Source of the DNA: Clostridia bacterium
Lineage (GTDB): Bacteria > Bacillota > Clostridia > Oscillospirales > CAG-382
Length of the DNA: 64,000 nt
Direction of reading: 5' to 3'
Assembly: GCA_017620655.1 (NCBI GenBank)
Contig: JAGAUT010000034.1
Span: forward strand, 68,844-132,843
Below are positions 27,600 through 36,327 of the stretch, one piece after another (the stretch's first letter is position 1; the number at the start of each line of letters is the position of its first letter). The notes below the pieces were generated by a model. It did not search any database and was not told the origin of the DNA. It saw only the letters and a list, made by a program, of their open reading frames with translations. Both the position numbers and the translations under genes were made by a program.

Positions 27600-29588
27600 T
27601 TACTCCAACACATTAATCATTGCCATATCAATATTCATCTTTGACAACTTTTCCTCTTTCGAAAGTATGTCTGTCTCTACGGAATTATAGATAATATTTC
27701 TGCAGGGGTATCCGTCACCCGTAAGACGTCTTTCGCCGTACACGGGAAAATCCATACCCATTCTGTCATGAAGGACACCGCAAGGTGAATCATTCTTCCC
27801 TTTGCAGACACCGCCCGCCCTCACTATACAGCTCTCAAGCACCATAAGCGGAAGTCTTCCCCTTGTAAAGGCACAGAGCTTTGTGTCCTGCTTCTTACCA
27901 AGGTCCCTGACTTGAGCCTCGTTAAGTTCGGGAGAGACGGTGATAAGCGAAAATCCCATATTCTCAAGCACATCTATTGTACTTGAATTAAACACATTCA
28001 TGCCGATATTGCCGAAAAGAGAAAGTCCCGACTCCTTTACGGCATCAACTTGTCCTATATTTGACACAAGGGCGAACTCCGCACCCTTTTGCTTTGCGAC
28101 ACAAAGAAGTCTTTTGAACTCCTGCATTTCACAGGAATATATAACCCTCGGAAGAGCGACGCCGAAGCCGCTTCTGCCGTCGTATTTTTCTATATCCGAC
28201 AAAGGAATACAAACATTTTCCCCCTTGATTTTCTTTGCACTCTCAAGACTCGTGCAGACATAAAGCTTTTCAAAGTTCTCAGCCTTTTTGCGTCGTTCAA
28301 AGGTCTTTCGGCTCTCGTTCCTGACAATCTTTTCGGGGTTGTAAAGTACCTTTTCAAGCTCCTCTGCAAGGCTTCGTCTTACGGAATTGAGCATGGATTT
28401 ACTGAGAAAAACGTCTCCCTTTAAAGTAACGTCAATACTCTCCGCCTCAAAGAAGGTTGTGCCGAGCTTTGAAAGTGATTCCTTTACGTCATCCTCTGTC
28501 AGAGGTCTGCCGGTTGCAAAGGGAACTGTAAAATCCGATGTTATGCTAACCGACACATCACCGCAGAAAGCTGCTGCCTTAACAGGATTTTCAGCCTCGA
28601 TTTGACAGGAAATCCCAATGGTTCTCTTGCGTGTGGTTTTTGAAAAATCAAGCTTTTTCTCAGTTTCTCTTGTGTTTTGTTTATCGTCGCCGCTTCTTAT
28701 GCCGTACATATCACGGTTATCTTTTTTATACTCACCGGTAAAGTATTTGTCGGTATATCCGCCTCTTGAAAAGATATCGGAAAGCTCGTTCATCTGAGCC
28801 TTTGTGGCATTCTTTCTGCCGTCTATCAGCTCACGCCAGATTTTTGTCGTGCCGTAGACGTATTCGGGGCTTTTCATTCTGCCTTCGATTTTAAGGCTTG
28901 TGACGCCCATGGGAATAAGCTCTTCAATCCTTGTGCCAAGGGACAAATCCTTGAGGCTGAGAGGATATCTGTTCTTGTTTTCAGCCATTGCATAAGGCAG
29001 TCGGCAAGGCTGGGCGCAAAGCCCCCTGTTACCGCTTCTGCCTCCTATAACACTGCTCATAAGGCACATACCCGACTGGCATACGCAAAGTGCACCGTGG
29101 ACAAATATTTCGGTTTCAATGCCTTCGTCTATTACCTTTTGTATTTCTTCCTTTGGCATTTCTCTTGCAAGCACCACTCTTGAGAAGCCAAGTTCTGAAA
29201 GTTTCTTTGCTCCCTCAAGATTATGGCAGGCACACTGGGTACTTGCATGAAGGCAGACAGATGGCATCTCCTTTTTAATCAGAGAGGCAAACCCTAAGTC
29301 CTGCACGATAAAGGCATCTGCACCTAAAGATGCAGCATTATACACCATATCAAGTGCCTTTGGCATTTCCCTGTCGGTAATGAGGGTATTAACCGTTATA
29401 TTCGATTTTACTCCGAGCACCGAGCACATCTTCAGTGCCTCTCTCAGCTCCTCGTCCGAAAAGTTCTTTGCATTGTATCTCGCATTAAATTCGGGAAGTC
29501 CGAAATACACTTCATCTGCGCCGCCGTTTACCGCCGCACACAATGCCTCAAAGGAGCCTGCAGGTGAAAGAATTAAAGGTTTTGTCAT
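27600..29588 (-). CDS. Peptidase U32-family protein (RlhA/TrhP-type RNA hydroxylation factor family)
   Basis: The U32 signature region is E.F.HGALC..QSG.C..S (EIFVHGALCVCQSGMCLMS). I prefer the ATG at 29588 (MTKPLILSPAG), which has a GGAGA RBS upstream. The stop lies 2 nt before the dusB start. Confidence 0.8.
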   Translation of the reverse strand: MTKPLILSPAGSFEALCAAVNGGADEVYFGLPEFNARYNAKNFSDEELREALKMCSVLGVKSNITVNTLITDREMPKALDMVYNAASLGADAFIVQDLGFASLIKKEMPSVCLHASTQCACHNLEGAKKLSELGFSRVVLAREMPKEEIQKVIDEGIETEIFVHGALCVCQSGMCLMSSVIGGRSGNRGLCAQPCRLPYAMAENKNRYPLSLKDLSLGTRIEELIPMGVTSLKIEGRMKSPEYVYGTTKIWRELIDGRKNATKAQMNELSDIFSRGGYTDKYFTGEYKKDNRDMYGIRSGDDKQNTRETEKKLDFSKTTRKRTIGISCQIEAENPVKAAAFCGDVSVSITSDFTVPFATGRPLTEDDVKESLSKLGTTFFEAESIDVTLKGDVFLSKSMLNSVRRSLAEELEKVLYNPEKIVRNESRKTFERRKKAENFEKLYVCTSLESAKKIKGENVCIPLSDIEKYDGRSGFGVALPRVIYSCEMQEFKRLLCVAKQKGAEFALVSNIGQVDAVKESGLSLFGNIGMNVFNSSTIDVLENMGFSLITVSPELNEAQVRDLGKKQDTKLCAFTRGRLPLMVLESCIVRAGGVCKGKNDSPCGVLHDRMGMDFPVYGERRLTGDGYPCRNIIYNSVETDILSKEEKLSKMNIDMAMINVLE

Positions 29589-29714
29589 ATACTCTCCGTG
29601 TTTACATTTTTCGTATTGCAAATGCTTATTTATTACATTATAATATATAGAAAGGCAAAAGTAAATTACAATTTTTTAATTTTGATAAAATCCTTACAAA
29701 AGGACGTGAAAACA

Positions 29715-30563
29715 TTGAAAATCCCCCACAGAAAAAAAGACATGCGTCTGCCAATAATGTTTGCAATATCCCTGCTTCTTTGTTTTATATGCTTTGCTTC
29801 CCATTCTTCTGGTACAAGCACCCTTCTTTCAAAAGGTCTGTCGATTGTGACAACACCCTTAAGGGCTGTAGCAAAGGGTACATATAACGCCGCAAGCTCA
29901 GTCGGCACATACTTCACCGACATAAACAAGCTCAAAAAAGAAAACGAACGTCTGACAAAACAGAACAAGGCTCTTTCCGAGGAAAACGCCGAATATCAGG
30001 CACTCAAGGACGAAAACGACTCTCTTTACAAGTTCCTTGATCTGAAAAAAGAGAGAACCGACTACAAGTTCACCAACGCCAATATTGTTTCAAAGGCGTC
30101 CTCCGGCTACTTGTCAATTTTCACAATAGACAAAGGTTCCTTCCACGGCATCAAGGAAAACATGCCAATCATCTCAGACGAGGGTGCCCTCCTTGGCGTC
30201 ACATACTCCGTCGAGGGCTCATCAACCCGCTGCAAGTCTATTTTATCCTATGACATGAATGTTGGTGTTTACGATAAGGAAACAGGCGAAACAGGCATAC
30301 TTTCAGGCTCATTTGACACCTTTTCGCAGAGCAGATGCGTCATGAAAGCTCTTCCCAACGAAAGTTCTCTTGCCCTCGGCAGTAAAATATACACCAGCGG
30401 TCTTGGCGAGGTTTACCCGAGAGATTTGTTTATAGGCACCGTTTACGGATTTATCCCCGAACAGGGCAGTCACACAAAGAACGCCGTTATTGCCCTCGAT
30501 GACTCCATAATAACCAGCGACAGCATAATGGTTATCACATCCTTTGAAAGGGTATACGAATAG
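29715..30563 (+). CDS. mreC: Rod shape-determining protein MreC
   Basis: An N-terminal TM, a coiled coil (LKKENERLTKQNKALSEENAEYQALKDEND) and a beta-rich C-domain. The start is ambiguous between a TTG at 29715 and an ATG at 29742. The GTG at 29598 from the ORF track runs into the U32 promoter region and is unlikely. Confidence 0.75.
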   Translation: MKIPHRKKDMRLPIMFAISLLLCFICFASHSSGTSTLLSKGLSIVTTPLRAVAKGTYNAASSVGTYFTDINKLKKENERLTKQNKALSEENAEYQALKDENDSLYKFLDLKKERTDYKFTNANIVSKASSGYLSIFTIDKGSFHGIKENMPIISDEGALLGVTYSVEGSSTRCKSILSYDMNVGVYDKETGETGILSGSFDTFSQSRCVMKALPNESSLALGSKIYTSGLGEVYPRDLFIGTVYGFIPEQGSHTKNAVIALDDSIITSDSIMVITSFERVYE

Positions 30564-30566
30564 ACC

Positions 30567-32774
30567 ATGCTCCGCCGTCCTGCCGTTCTTTGTGCGGTAA
30601 TTGCATTTATACAAACAAGCATTTGCCTTGCATTTCCTGAGGCTTTTTTGCCGTTATTTATATTATCTCTCATTCTCTGCGGGATATCTTTTCCGGTATG
30701 TGCAAAAACCAAGAATTACATAATACTGCTTATGATAATTCCTTCGTTGCTTTTTTCTGTAATCATCCCGCATCATATGTACACAAAATACGAGAAAAGC
30801 TCGTTATCCTTAGTGGAAAGACTGAGAGAAAAGGAAAACCGGCAATACACCGCCGTTGTCACCGAATGCAGGAGCTACTCATCATACTCGCAGATTTTTG
30901 CCGAGATAACGGCTGTCGAAAATACACCTTTGCCCTCTCCGCTCAATGCGAGGCTCGGCTGTTATTCGGGGTATTCTCTGTCCGTCGGCGACACATTCAT
31001 CTTTGAGGGAACACCCATATCCGTTTACGAAACGCAAAACGACAATTTCGACACAACCAGCTATCTTAGGAGCAAGATGGTTTTTGCGGATTTTCCGTCG
31101 GTTTCGATAATCTCATCGTTTCCCTCGGAAAAAGCGTCTTTTCTGCAGAGCCTCAGAGAATACACCAAAAACGTAATTTACAGATACATACCCCAAAACT
31201 ACAATTATGAAACGGCTTCTGTCTGCCACGCGATGTTTGCAGGTGACAGAAACCACATTCCGAAGGATATCAAAAACGACTTTTCGAAGTGCGGACTTAC
31301 GCACATACTCTGTGTATCGGGAATGCACCTTGCAATTCTGGCAGGCACACTTTACAGCATAATGTCAATGCTGACTCTTCACAAGAAAACAAGATGTATT
31401 GCCGTAATAATTCTGTGTATATTTTACACAGCTTTCACCGGCTTTTCGCTGTCAACGATACGTTCATGCATAATGTGCATTTTCGGTTATCTCGGCATGA
31501 TGTGGGGACGCAAAACGGATGGATACATTTCGCTTTTCTTCTCGCTTCTGGCAATTATACTCTTTTCTCCCTACAGCGTACTTGACATTTCACTTATTCT
31601 GTCATTCTGTGCAACACTGGGCATTATCTGCACTTCGGAGATGCTCACGCCGTGCAAAAGCGAAAAAAACTTTGTAAAGGGATTATACGCAGTACTTTCG
31701 GCACTTGTGTCGAACCTTGGTGCGGTTATATTCACTCTGCCCGTCTGTGCATTCTTCTTTGGCGGAATATCCTTGCTGTCAATAGTATCAACACTTACCG
31801 TTTCGACGGTGTTTGAAATTCTGCTGACATTCATCCTCTTTCTCATGCTCATTTCTCCCCTGTCGGAAATCACTTTTTTCGATACGGCATTGCAGTTTAT
31901 CGGAAAGGCTTGCGATACCTTATGTCAGTCAATAGTTGATACGGCACATTTCTTTTCGGGCTTTAAATTTGCACGCATTACATCGGTATTCCCCAAAATC
32001 TTCATGCTTCTGTTTGTCATTTCGGTTATCATCCTTTCGGTTTTCATAGCCTTTGAAAAAGTGTCGGCAAGAAAAACATGCATCTGTGCCATCATTGCCC
32101 TCGGTATTACCTTTTCCTTTCTTTCGCTGATTACTGCAATCATCGACGACGGTGTTTACAAGGTATCCTACTACCGCAAAAATGAGGATGACAGAGAAGT
32201 TTGCATAAAGCTAAAACAAAATGGATTTCTGTTAGTCAACGCCGACAGCAGTCTTTGCAGCGACAAAAACGACATTCCCTTTGAATACGGTAAGCAGGAT
32301 ATATATCTTCTGATAGTACCGGACGAGGCAGTAAACCCTTATATCCTGTCAGAGAGCATAAAGCTTTTTTCATCGCGTTTCAATCTTGATAAGATACTTA
32401 TTTCCGACACCGATGAAGGCAAAGTCCTTGCCGAAAGCCTTTCGGAATACGGCGTAGACTGCAGTTATATGCCCAAAATTGCCAATTTCGGAAAGCTGGA
32501 AATCACCTGCAACGACACCGATTTCTTCTCGCTTACCGTAAACGACGGCAAAACAAAGACAAACATCGTTTACGGAGACAGCTATGACAGTACATACTTT
32601 GATAAAGACTCAGACATCTGTGCCTACTTTACAAGAAAAACGAAAAATCAGTTTAATACCGAAAAAGACTCTCTTCCAGAATGCTCCGTCTTTTATACAC
32701 GTCTGAAAAAGGATGAGGTTCATAAGAAAACCGTCAACACATTCGGGCAGAAAAACGTAATTATAAAGGGGTGA
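30567..32774 (+). CDS. comEC: ComEC/Rec2-family DNA internalization channel protein
   Basis: Competence-domain motif GLTHILCVSGMHLAIL, an N-terminal OB-like region and many TM segments. The C-terminal ~220 aa lack the HxHxDH metallo-beta-lactamase motif. Confidence 0.8.
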   Translation: MLRRPAVLCAVIAFIQTSICLAFPEAFLPLFILSLILCGISFPVCAKTKNYIILLMIIPSLLFSVIIPHHMYTKYEKSSLSLVERLREKENRQYTAVVTECRSYSSYSQIFAEITAVENTPLPSPLNARLGCYSGYSLSVGDTFIFEGTPISVYETQNDNFDTTSYLRSKMVFADFPSVSIISSFPSEKASFLQSLREYTKNVIYRYIPQNYNYETASVCHAMFAGDRNHIPKDIKNDFSKCGLTHILCVSGMHLAILAGTLYSIMSMLTLHKKTRCIAVIILCIFYTAFTGFSLSTIRSCIMCIFGYLGMMWGRKTDGYISLFFSLLAIILFSPYSVLDISLILSFCATLGIICTSEMLTPCKSEKNFVKGLYAVLSALVSNLGAVIFTLPVCAFFFGGISLLSIVSTLTVSTVFEILLTFILFLMLISPLSEITFFDTALQFIGKACDTLCQSIVDTAHFFSGFKFARITSVFPKIFMLLFVISVIILSVFIAFEKVSARKTCICAIIALGITFSFLSLITAIIDDGVYKVSYYRKNEDDREVCIKLKQNGFLLVNADSSLCSDKNDIPFEYGKQDIYLLIVPDEAVNPYILSESIKLFSSRFNLDKILISDTDEGKVLAESLSEYGVDCSYMPKIANFGKLEITCNDTDFFSLTVNDGKTKTNIVYGDSYDSTYFDKDSDICAYFTRKTKNQFNTEKDSLPECSVFYTRLKKDEVHKKTVNTFGQKNVIIKG

Positions 32775-32778
32775 AAAC

Positions 32779-33927
32779 ATGCAAAATCAAACCCAAAAAC
32801 GAAAAGAAAAGCCGCAGGACATACATGCAAACAATCTTCAGCTTCTGAAAGACAAAATCAAACAAAAACAGACCGAAGGCTGTTATATTTTCTACGGCGA
32901 CGAGGAATACACCAAGAATCACTACACAAATCTTCTTCTCGGTGCGGCAGGCTCCGCCCTTAACGTAAGCTCGATATACGGCAAGGATTTTACCCTTGAA
33001 GGCTTTATTTCGGCGTGTGAAACAAGTGCCGTCGAGAGCTTTGACATGTTTTCCATAGACGAGCCGGAGGAGGATGATGACGGTGCCTTCAGAGTTGTAA
33101 AGCTCTATACCCCTGACCTTTCGGTACTCTCAAAAAAGGATACCGATCAGCTTTTATCCTTCCTGCAGGACCTCCCCCAGAAAACAATCGTAATCTTTAT
33201 GTTTCACACAGGTGCCGAGGAAACGGTGCTCAAAAACAGTTTCTACAAAAGCGTCGGCGAGTTTGCCCTCACCGTCAATTTCAAAAGAGAGCCTGTCGGC
33301 AGCAGCGTTCTTATAACATGGATTTTGCGTCATTTTTCAAGGGAAAAGATAACCGTTGACCGTCACGTTGCCGTACATCTCTGCCAGACCGTCGGCAACA
33401 GCATGACAGACCTAAAAAACGAAATTGACAAGCTCATTGACTATCTCCGCTTTGAAAACAGAGATGTACTTCAAAAAGATGATATAGAATTCATCTGCAT
33501 CAAAAGTGCAGAGGCACAGATTTTCGACATAGCAGACGGTGCTTTATCAGGTGATTTTGTCAAGTCGGCACGTGCCCTCGGAATTATCCGTGACAAGCAC
33601 GACAGCGAGCTTAGTCCCGTAAACGTTGCGGCAACAATATCAAAGGCTGTCAACACCCTTTGCGTCATTGACAACTGCATAAAAAAAGGAACGCCCCTTG
33701 CAACAATAGCGAAAGAAAAAAAACTACACGAATTCACAGTCAAGAAAAATGCTTCAATTCTCACATCCCGAGCAAGGGATTTCAAGGGTAAGGACAATTA
33801 TCCTGCACTTGCTGCACGCCTTTGCATGGAATATGACCAAAAAATAAAAAGCTCACGCACAAACGGCTATGAGCTTATTCTTGAGTTATTATTCAAATTA
33901 TCCTTCGCGGGGAAAGATATTTCGTGA
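32779..33927 (+). CDS. holA: DNA polymerase III delta subunit
   Basis: Size and the conserved Firmicute comEC-holA synteny. The N-terminal region YIFYGDEEY is delta-like. Sequence-level support is moderate. Confidence 0.65.
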   Translation: MQNQTQKRKEKPQDIHANNLQLLKDKIKQKQTEGCYIFYGDEEYTKNHYTNLLLGAAGSALNVSSIYGKDFTLEGFISACETSAVESFDMFSIDEPEEDDDGAFRVVKLYTPDLSVLSKKDTDQLLSFLQDLPQKTIVIFMFHTGAEETVLKNSFYKSVGEFALTVNFKREPVGSSVLITWILRHFSREKITVDRHVAVHLCQTVGNSMTDLKNEIDKLIDYLRFENRDVLQKDDIEFICIKSAEAQIFDIADGALSGDFVKSARALGIIRDKHDSELSPVNVAATISKAVNTLCVIDNCIKKGTPLATIAKEKKLHEFTVKKNASILTSRARDFKGKDNYPALAARLCMEYDQKIKSSRTNGYELILELLFKLSFAGKDIS

Positions 33928-34548
33928 GGCAAGGCAAACTACTGTCACGCTGACGTTATTACCTGTTTTCTGCAACGCCGAAATACATTCCCCAACGGTA
34001 CTTCCCGTAGTAATAACATCATCGCAAATGAGGATATTCTTAGGAATATCCTTTTTTATTACCCTGAACTTATCTTTTACATTCTCTGCCCTTTCATTCT
34101 GAGAGAGCATTTTCTGTTCCTTGGACAACCCATGTCTGTTGACAAGATGCTTGTATTTAAGCCCTTTTCTGCCTTTACACATGATTCTGCAAGGCGCCTC
34201 GACCTGATCGTAGCCGTATTTACGCTTACCGACACCTCTTCTCGGACAGTTGGTCACAAACCCCTCAAAGTTTTCGGGCAAAGCAAGGGCGTAAAGCTCT
34301 GCGGCGTACTTAAACAAATCTTTATTTGACAAGCGTTTGAGCCTGAACAAAAGGTCCTTTACAATCGGCACTCCATAGTCAAACAGATATCTTACTTCAT
34401 ACCCCTTTGTTCCGACATAAATCCTGCGGCTTCTTACATTTATATGGGAGGCAATTTCTTTTTCGCACTTTCCGCACACCGCACCCTCATATATTTTCTC
34501 ACCGCATATTCCGCACCGTCTGTCAAAAAACAAATCGGAAAGCTTCAT
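33898..34548 (-). CDS. comFC: ComF-family protein (phosphoribosyltransferase domain with N-terminal Zn finger)
   Basis: CGICGEK...CGKC zinc-ribbon at the N-terminus and the PRTase motif ILICDDVITTGST. Confidence 0.85.
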   Translation of the reverse strand: MKLSDLFFDRRCGICGEKIYEGAVCGKCEKEIASHINVRSRRIYVGTKGYEVRYLFDYGVPIVKDLLFRLKRLSNKDLFKYAAELYALALPENFEGFVTNCPRRGVGKRKYGYDQVEAPCRIMCKGRKGLKYKHLVNRHGLSKEQKMLSQNERAENVKDKFRVIKKDIPKNILICDDVITTGSTVGECISALQKTGNNVSVTVVCLASRNIFPREG

Positions 34549-35159
34549 TATTTATAAAATCGGATATCGGCAACAACCTGACCGAGTATCGAAACCTCGT
34601 CTGCAATGATAGGCTGCATTTCATGATTTTCAGGCTGGAGTCTGTACTTACCGTTTTCCTTATAAAAACGCTTGACAGTTGCTTCGTCCTCAATCATTGC
34701 AACAACAATCTTACCGTTATCGGCATAGTCGCACTTCTCAACAATTACTATGTCGCCGTTCATGATGCCGATTTCTCTCATACTTTCGCCCTTGACAGTA
34801 AGTGCAAAAAGCTGTGATTCATCATACTTCTTTTCGGTGGCATAATTGATATATCCGTCAAAATTCTCAGCAGTAAGAATCGGTGTACCGGCCGCAACCT
34901 GTCCGATAAGCGGAACCTTGTAGTTATGAACCGACGGTTCCTCATCCGAGCATGTGAGCTTTAGAGTTCTGCTCTTGCCGTTTTCTCTTTCAAGATAACC
35001 CTTAGCAATAAGTCGGTCAATATACATCTGGGATGTGGATGTGGACTTGATATTGAGATCGGCACAGATTTCTCTTACCGACGGAGCATAGCCCTGCTCC
35101 CCTATTCTACCCTTTATAAATTCGTAAACTCTGAGTTCTTTTGGCTTAAGGTCATTCAT
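34548..35159 (-). CDS. lexA: LexA repressor
   Basis: A winged-helix N-domain, the AG cleavage site (VAAG), and the S24 peptidase Ser (VKGESM) and Lys (ATVKRF). Confidence 0.92.
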   Translation of the reverse strand: MNDLKPKELRVYEFIKGRIGEQGYAPSVREICADLNIKSTSTSQMYIDRLIAKGYLERENGKSRTLKLTCSDEEPSVHNYKVPLIGQVAAGTPILTAENFDGYINYATEKKYDESQLFALTVKGESMREIGIMNGDIVIVEKCDYADNGKIVVAMIEDEATVKRFYKENGKYRLQPENHEMQPIIADEVSILGQVVADIRFYK

Positions 35160-35190
35160 GATAACCGCCCTTTCTGACTTTTATATTTAA

Positions 35191-35219
35191 ATTATAGCAA
35201 ACAAACGTTCTTTTGTCAA
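35191..35219 (-). promoter_or_regulatory. lexA promoter with an embedded LexA (Cheo-type) box
   Basis: Minus strand reads TTGACA (35214-35219), 17-nt spacer, TATAAT (35191-35196). The spacer contains AGAACGTTTGTTTG (35198-35211), which fits GAAC-N4-GTTY. Confidence 0.7.
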
Positions 35220-35242
35220 TGCCTTTTTGACTTTTAACGGAA

Positions 35243-35275
35243 TAAAAAAACGTGTGCTTTCGCACACGTTTTTAT
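35243..35275. terminator. Bidirectional terminator at the end of the ABC operon
   Basis: cgtgtgc (35251-35257) pairs with gcacacg (35262-35268), flanked by A7 and T5 runs. It lies 12 nt beyond the last permease stop. Confidence 0.7.
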
Positions 35276-35286
35276 CTTGATGATAA

Positions 35287-36309
35287 TTAACCAACGATAC
35301 CCGAACGTTCAATACCTTCAACAAACTGTCTCTGAGCAAAGAGGAAGATAATGAAGAGGGGCAGGATAACAAGCATACCGCATGTATTTGTAACAATGGA
35401 TTCCCAAAGTCCTGTTGCTGCGAAGTCCATCTTAAGGCTCTGAGGCATTTCCACAATATTGGGAAGAAGATGAATGTCGCTTGTTGTGAAGAAGGGAGAT
35501 GCTGTATAGAAGGTATCTGTCCACTGCCATGAGAAGGAGAACAGGAATACTGTTGTCATCATGGGGATTGACAGAGGAAGGATGATCTGGAAGAATGTCT
35601 TGAACACGCCTGTACCGTCAATATAAGCAGCTTCTTCAAGTTCGTCGGGAACGCCGCGGTAGAACTGTCTGAAGATAAAGATATAAAGACCGTTCTTGAA
35701 TGCAAGACCTGTGATGGAAAGGAAGAAGAGAGGCCATACCGTATTGATAAGGTTGATTTCCAATCCAAAAAGTCCGAACAAGCCGTAAATATCAAAATAT
35801 CTGAACTTCATGAACATGGCAAGAAGAAGAGTATCATGAGGGATAAGCATTGTAATGATTACGAAAAGGAAGAGAAGATTTCTTCCCTTGAACTTGAACT
35901 TTGCAAATCCGTAACCGATAATAGCACAAATAAGTGTCTGGAAGAAAGCACAGCCGAGTGAAATAAGTGCTGTGTTGATAAGTGCCAAAAAGTAGTCGTT
36001 TTCGAGAATGATAAACTTCCACTGGTCAATATTGGGATGACGGGGAATAAGTTTTACCGTTACGTCTACTAGATCTTCAGGGCTCATGAAAGAGTTGAGG
36101 ATCTTTGTAAGGAAAGGATAAATAATGATGTATGAAATACCGATAAGAAGAACAAATCTGAAAATCTTATACACCAATTCGCCCGCGAATTTCCATGAGA
36201 AATACTTGAGACGAAGTCTTTCTTTAAACGAAAGCTTGCCTTCGAAGTCAATCTGCATTTCTTTTCTTGAAATTTTTCTGAGCTGAGCATCTGTTGTGTT
36301 ATTGTTCAT
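35287..36309 (-). CDS. Carbohydrate ABC transporter permease (MalG-like, extended N-terminus)
   Basis: EAA loop EEAAYIDGTGVFKTFFQIILP with 6 TM segments. Confidence 0.85.
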   Translation of the reverse strand: MNNNTTDAQLRKISRKEMQIDFEGKLSFKERLRLKYFSWKFAGELVYKIFRFVLLIGISYIIIYPFLTKILNSFMSPEDLVDVTVKLIPRHPNIDQWKFIILENDYFLALINTALISLGCAFFQTLICAIIGYGFAKFKFKGRNLLFLFVIITMLIPHDTLLLAMFMKFRYFDIYGLFGLFGLEINLINTVWPLFFLSITGLAFKNGLYIFIFRQFYRGVPDELEEAAYIDGTGVFKTFFQIILPLSIPMMTTVFLFSFSWQWTDTFYTASPFFTTSDIHLLPNIVEMPQSLKMDFAATGLWESIVTNTCGMLVILPLFIIFLFAQRQFVEGIERSGIVG

Positions 36310-36327
36310 TTTATTATCCCCCTTTCC

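Noticed and set aside
29598-29714. The GTG at 29598 as the mreC start, which would give a 321-aa product.
   Set aside because: It would place the start 10 nt from the divergent U32 start codon, with no RBS, and add an Ile/Tyr-rich non-MreC-like extension. The TTG at 29715 or the ATG at 29742 fits MreC N-termini better.
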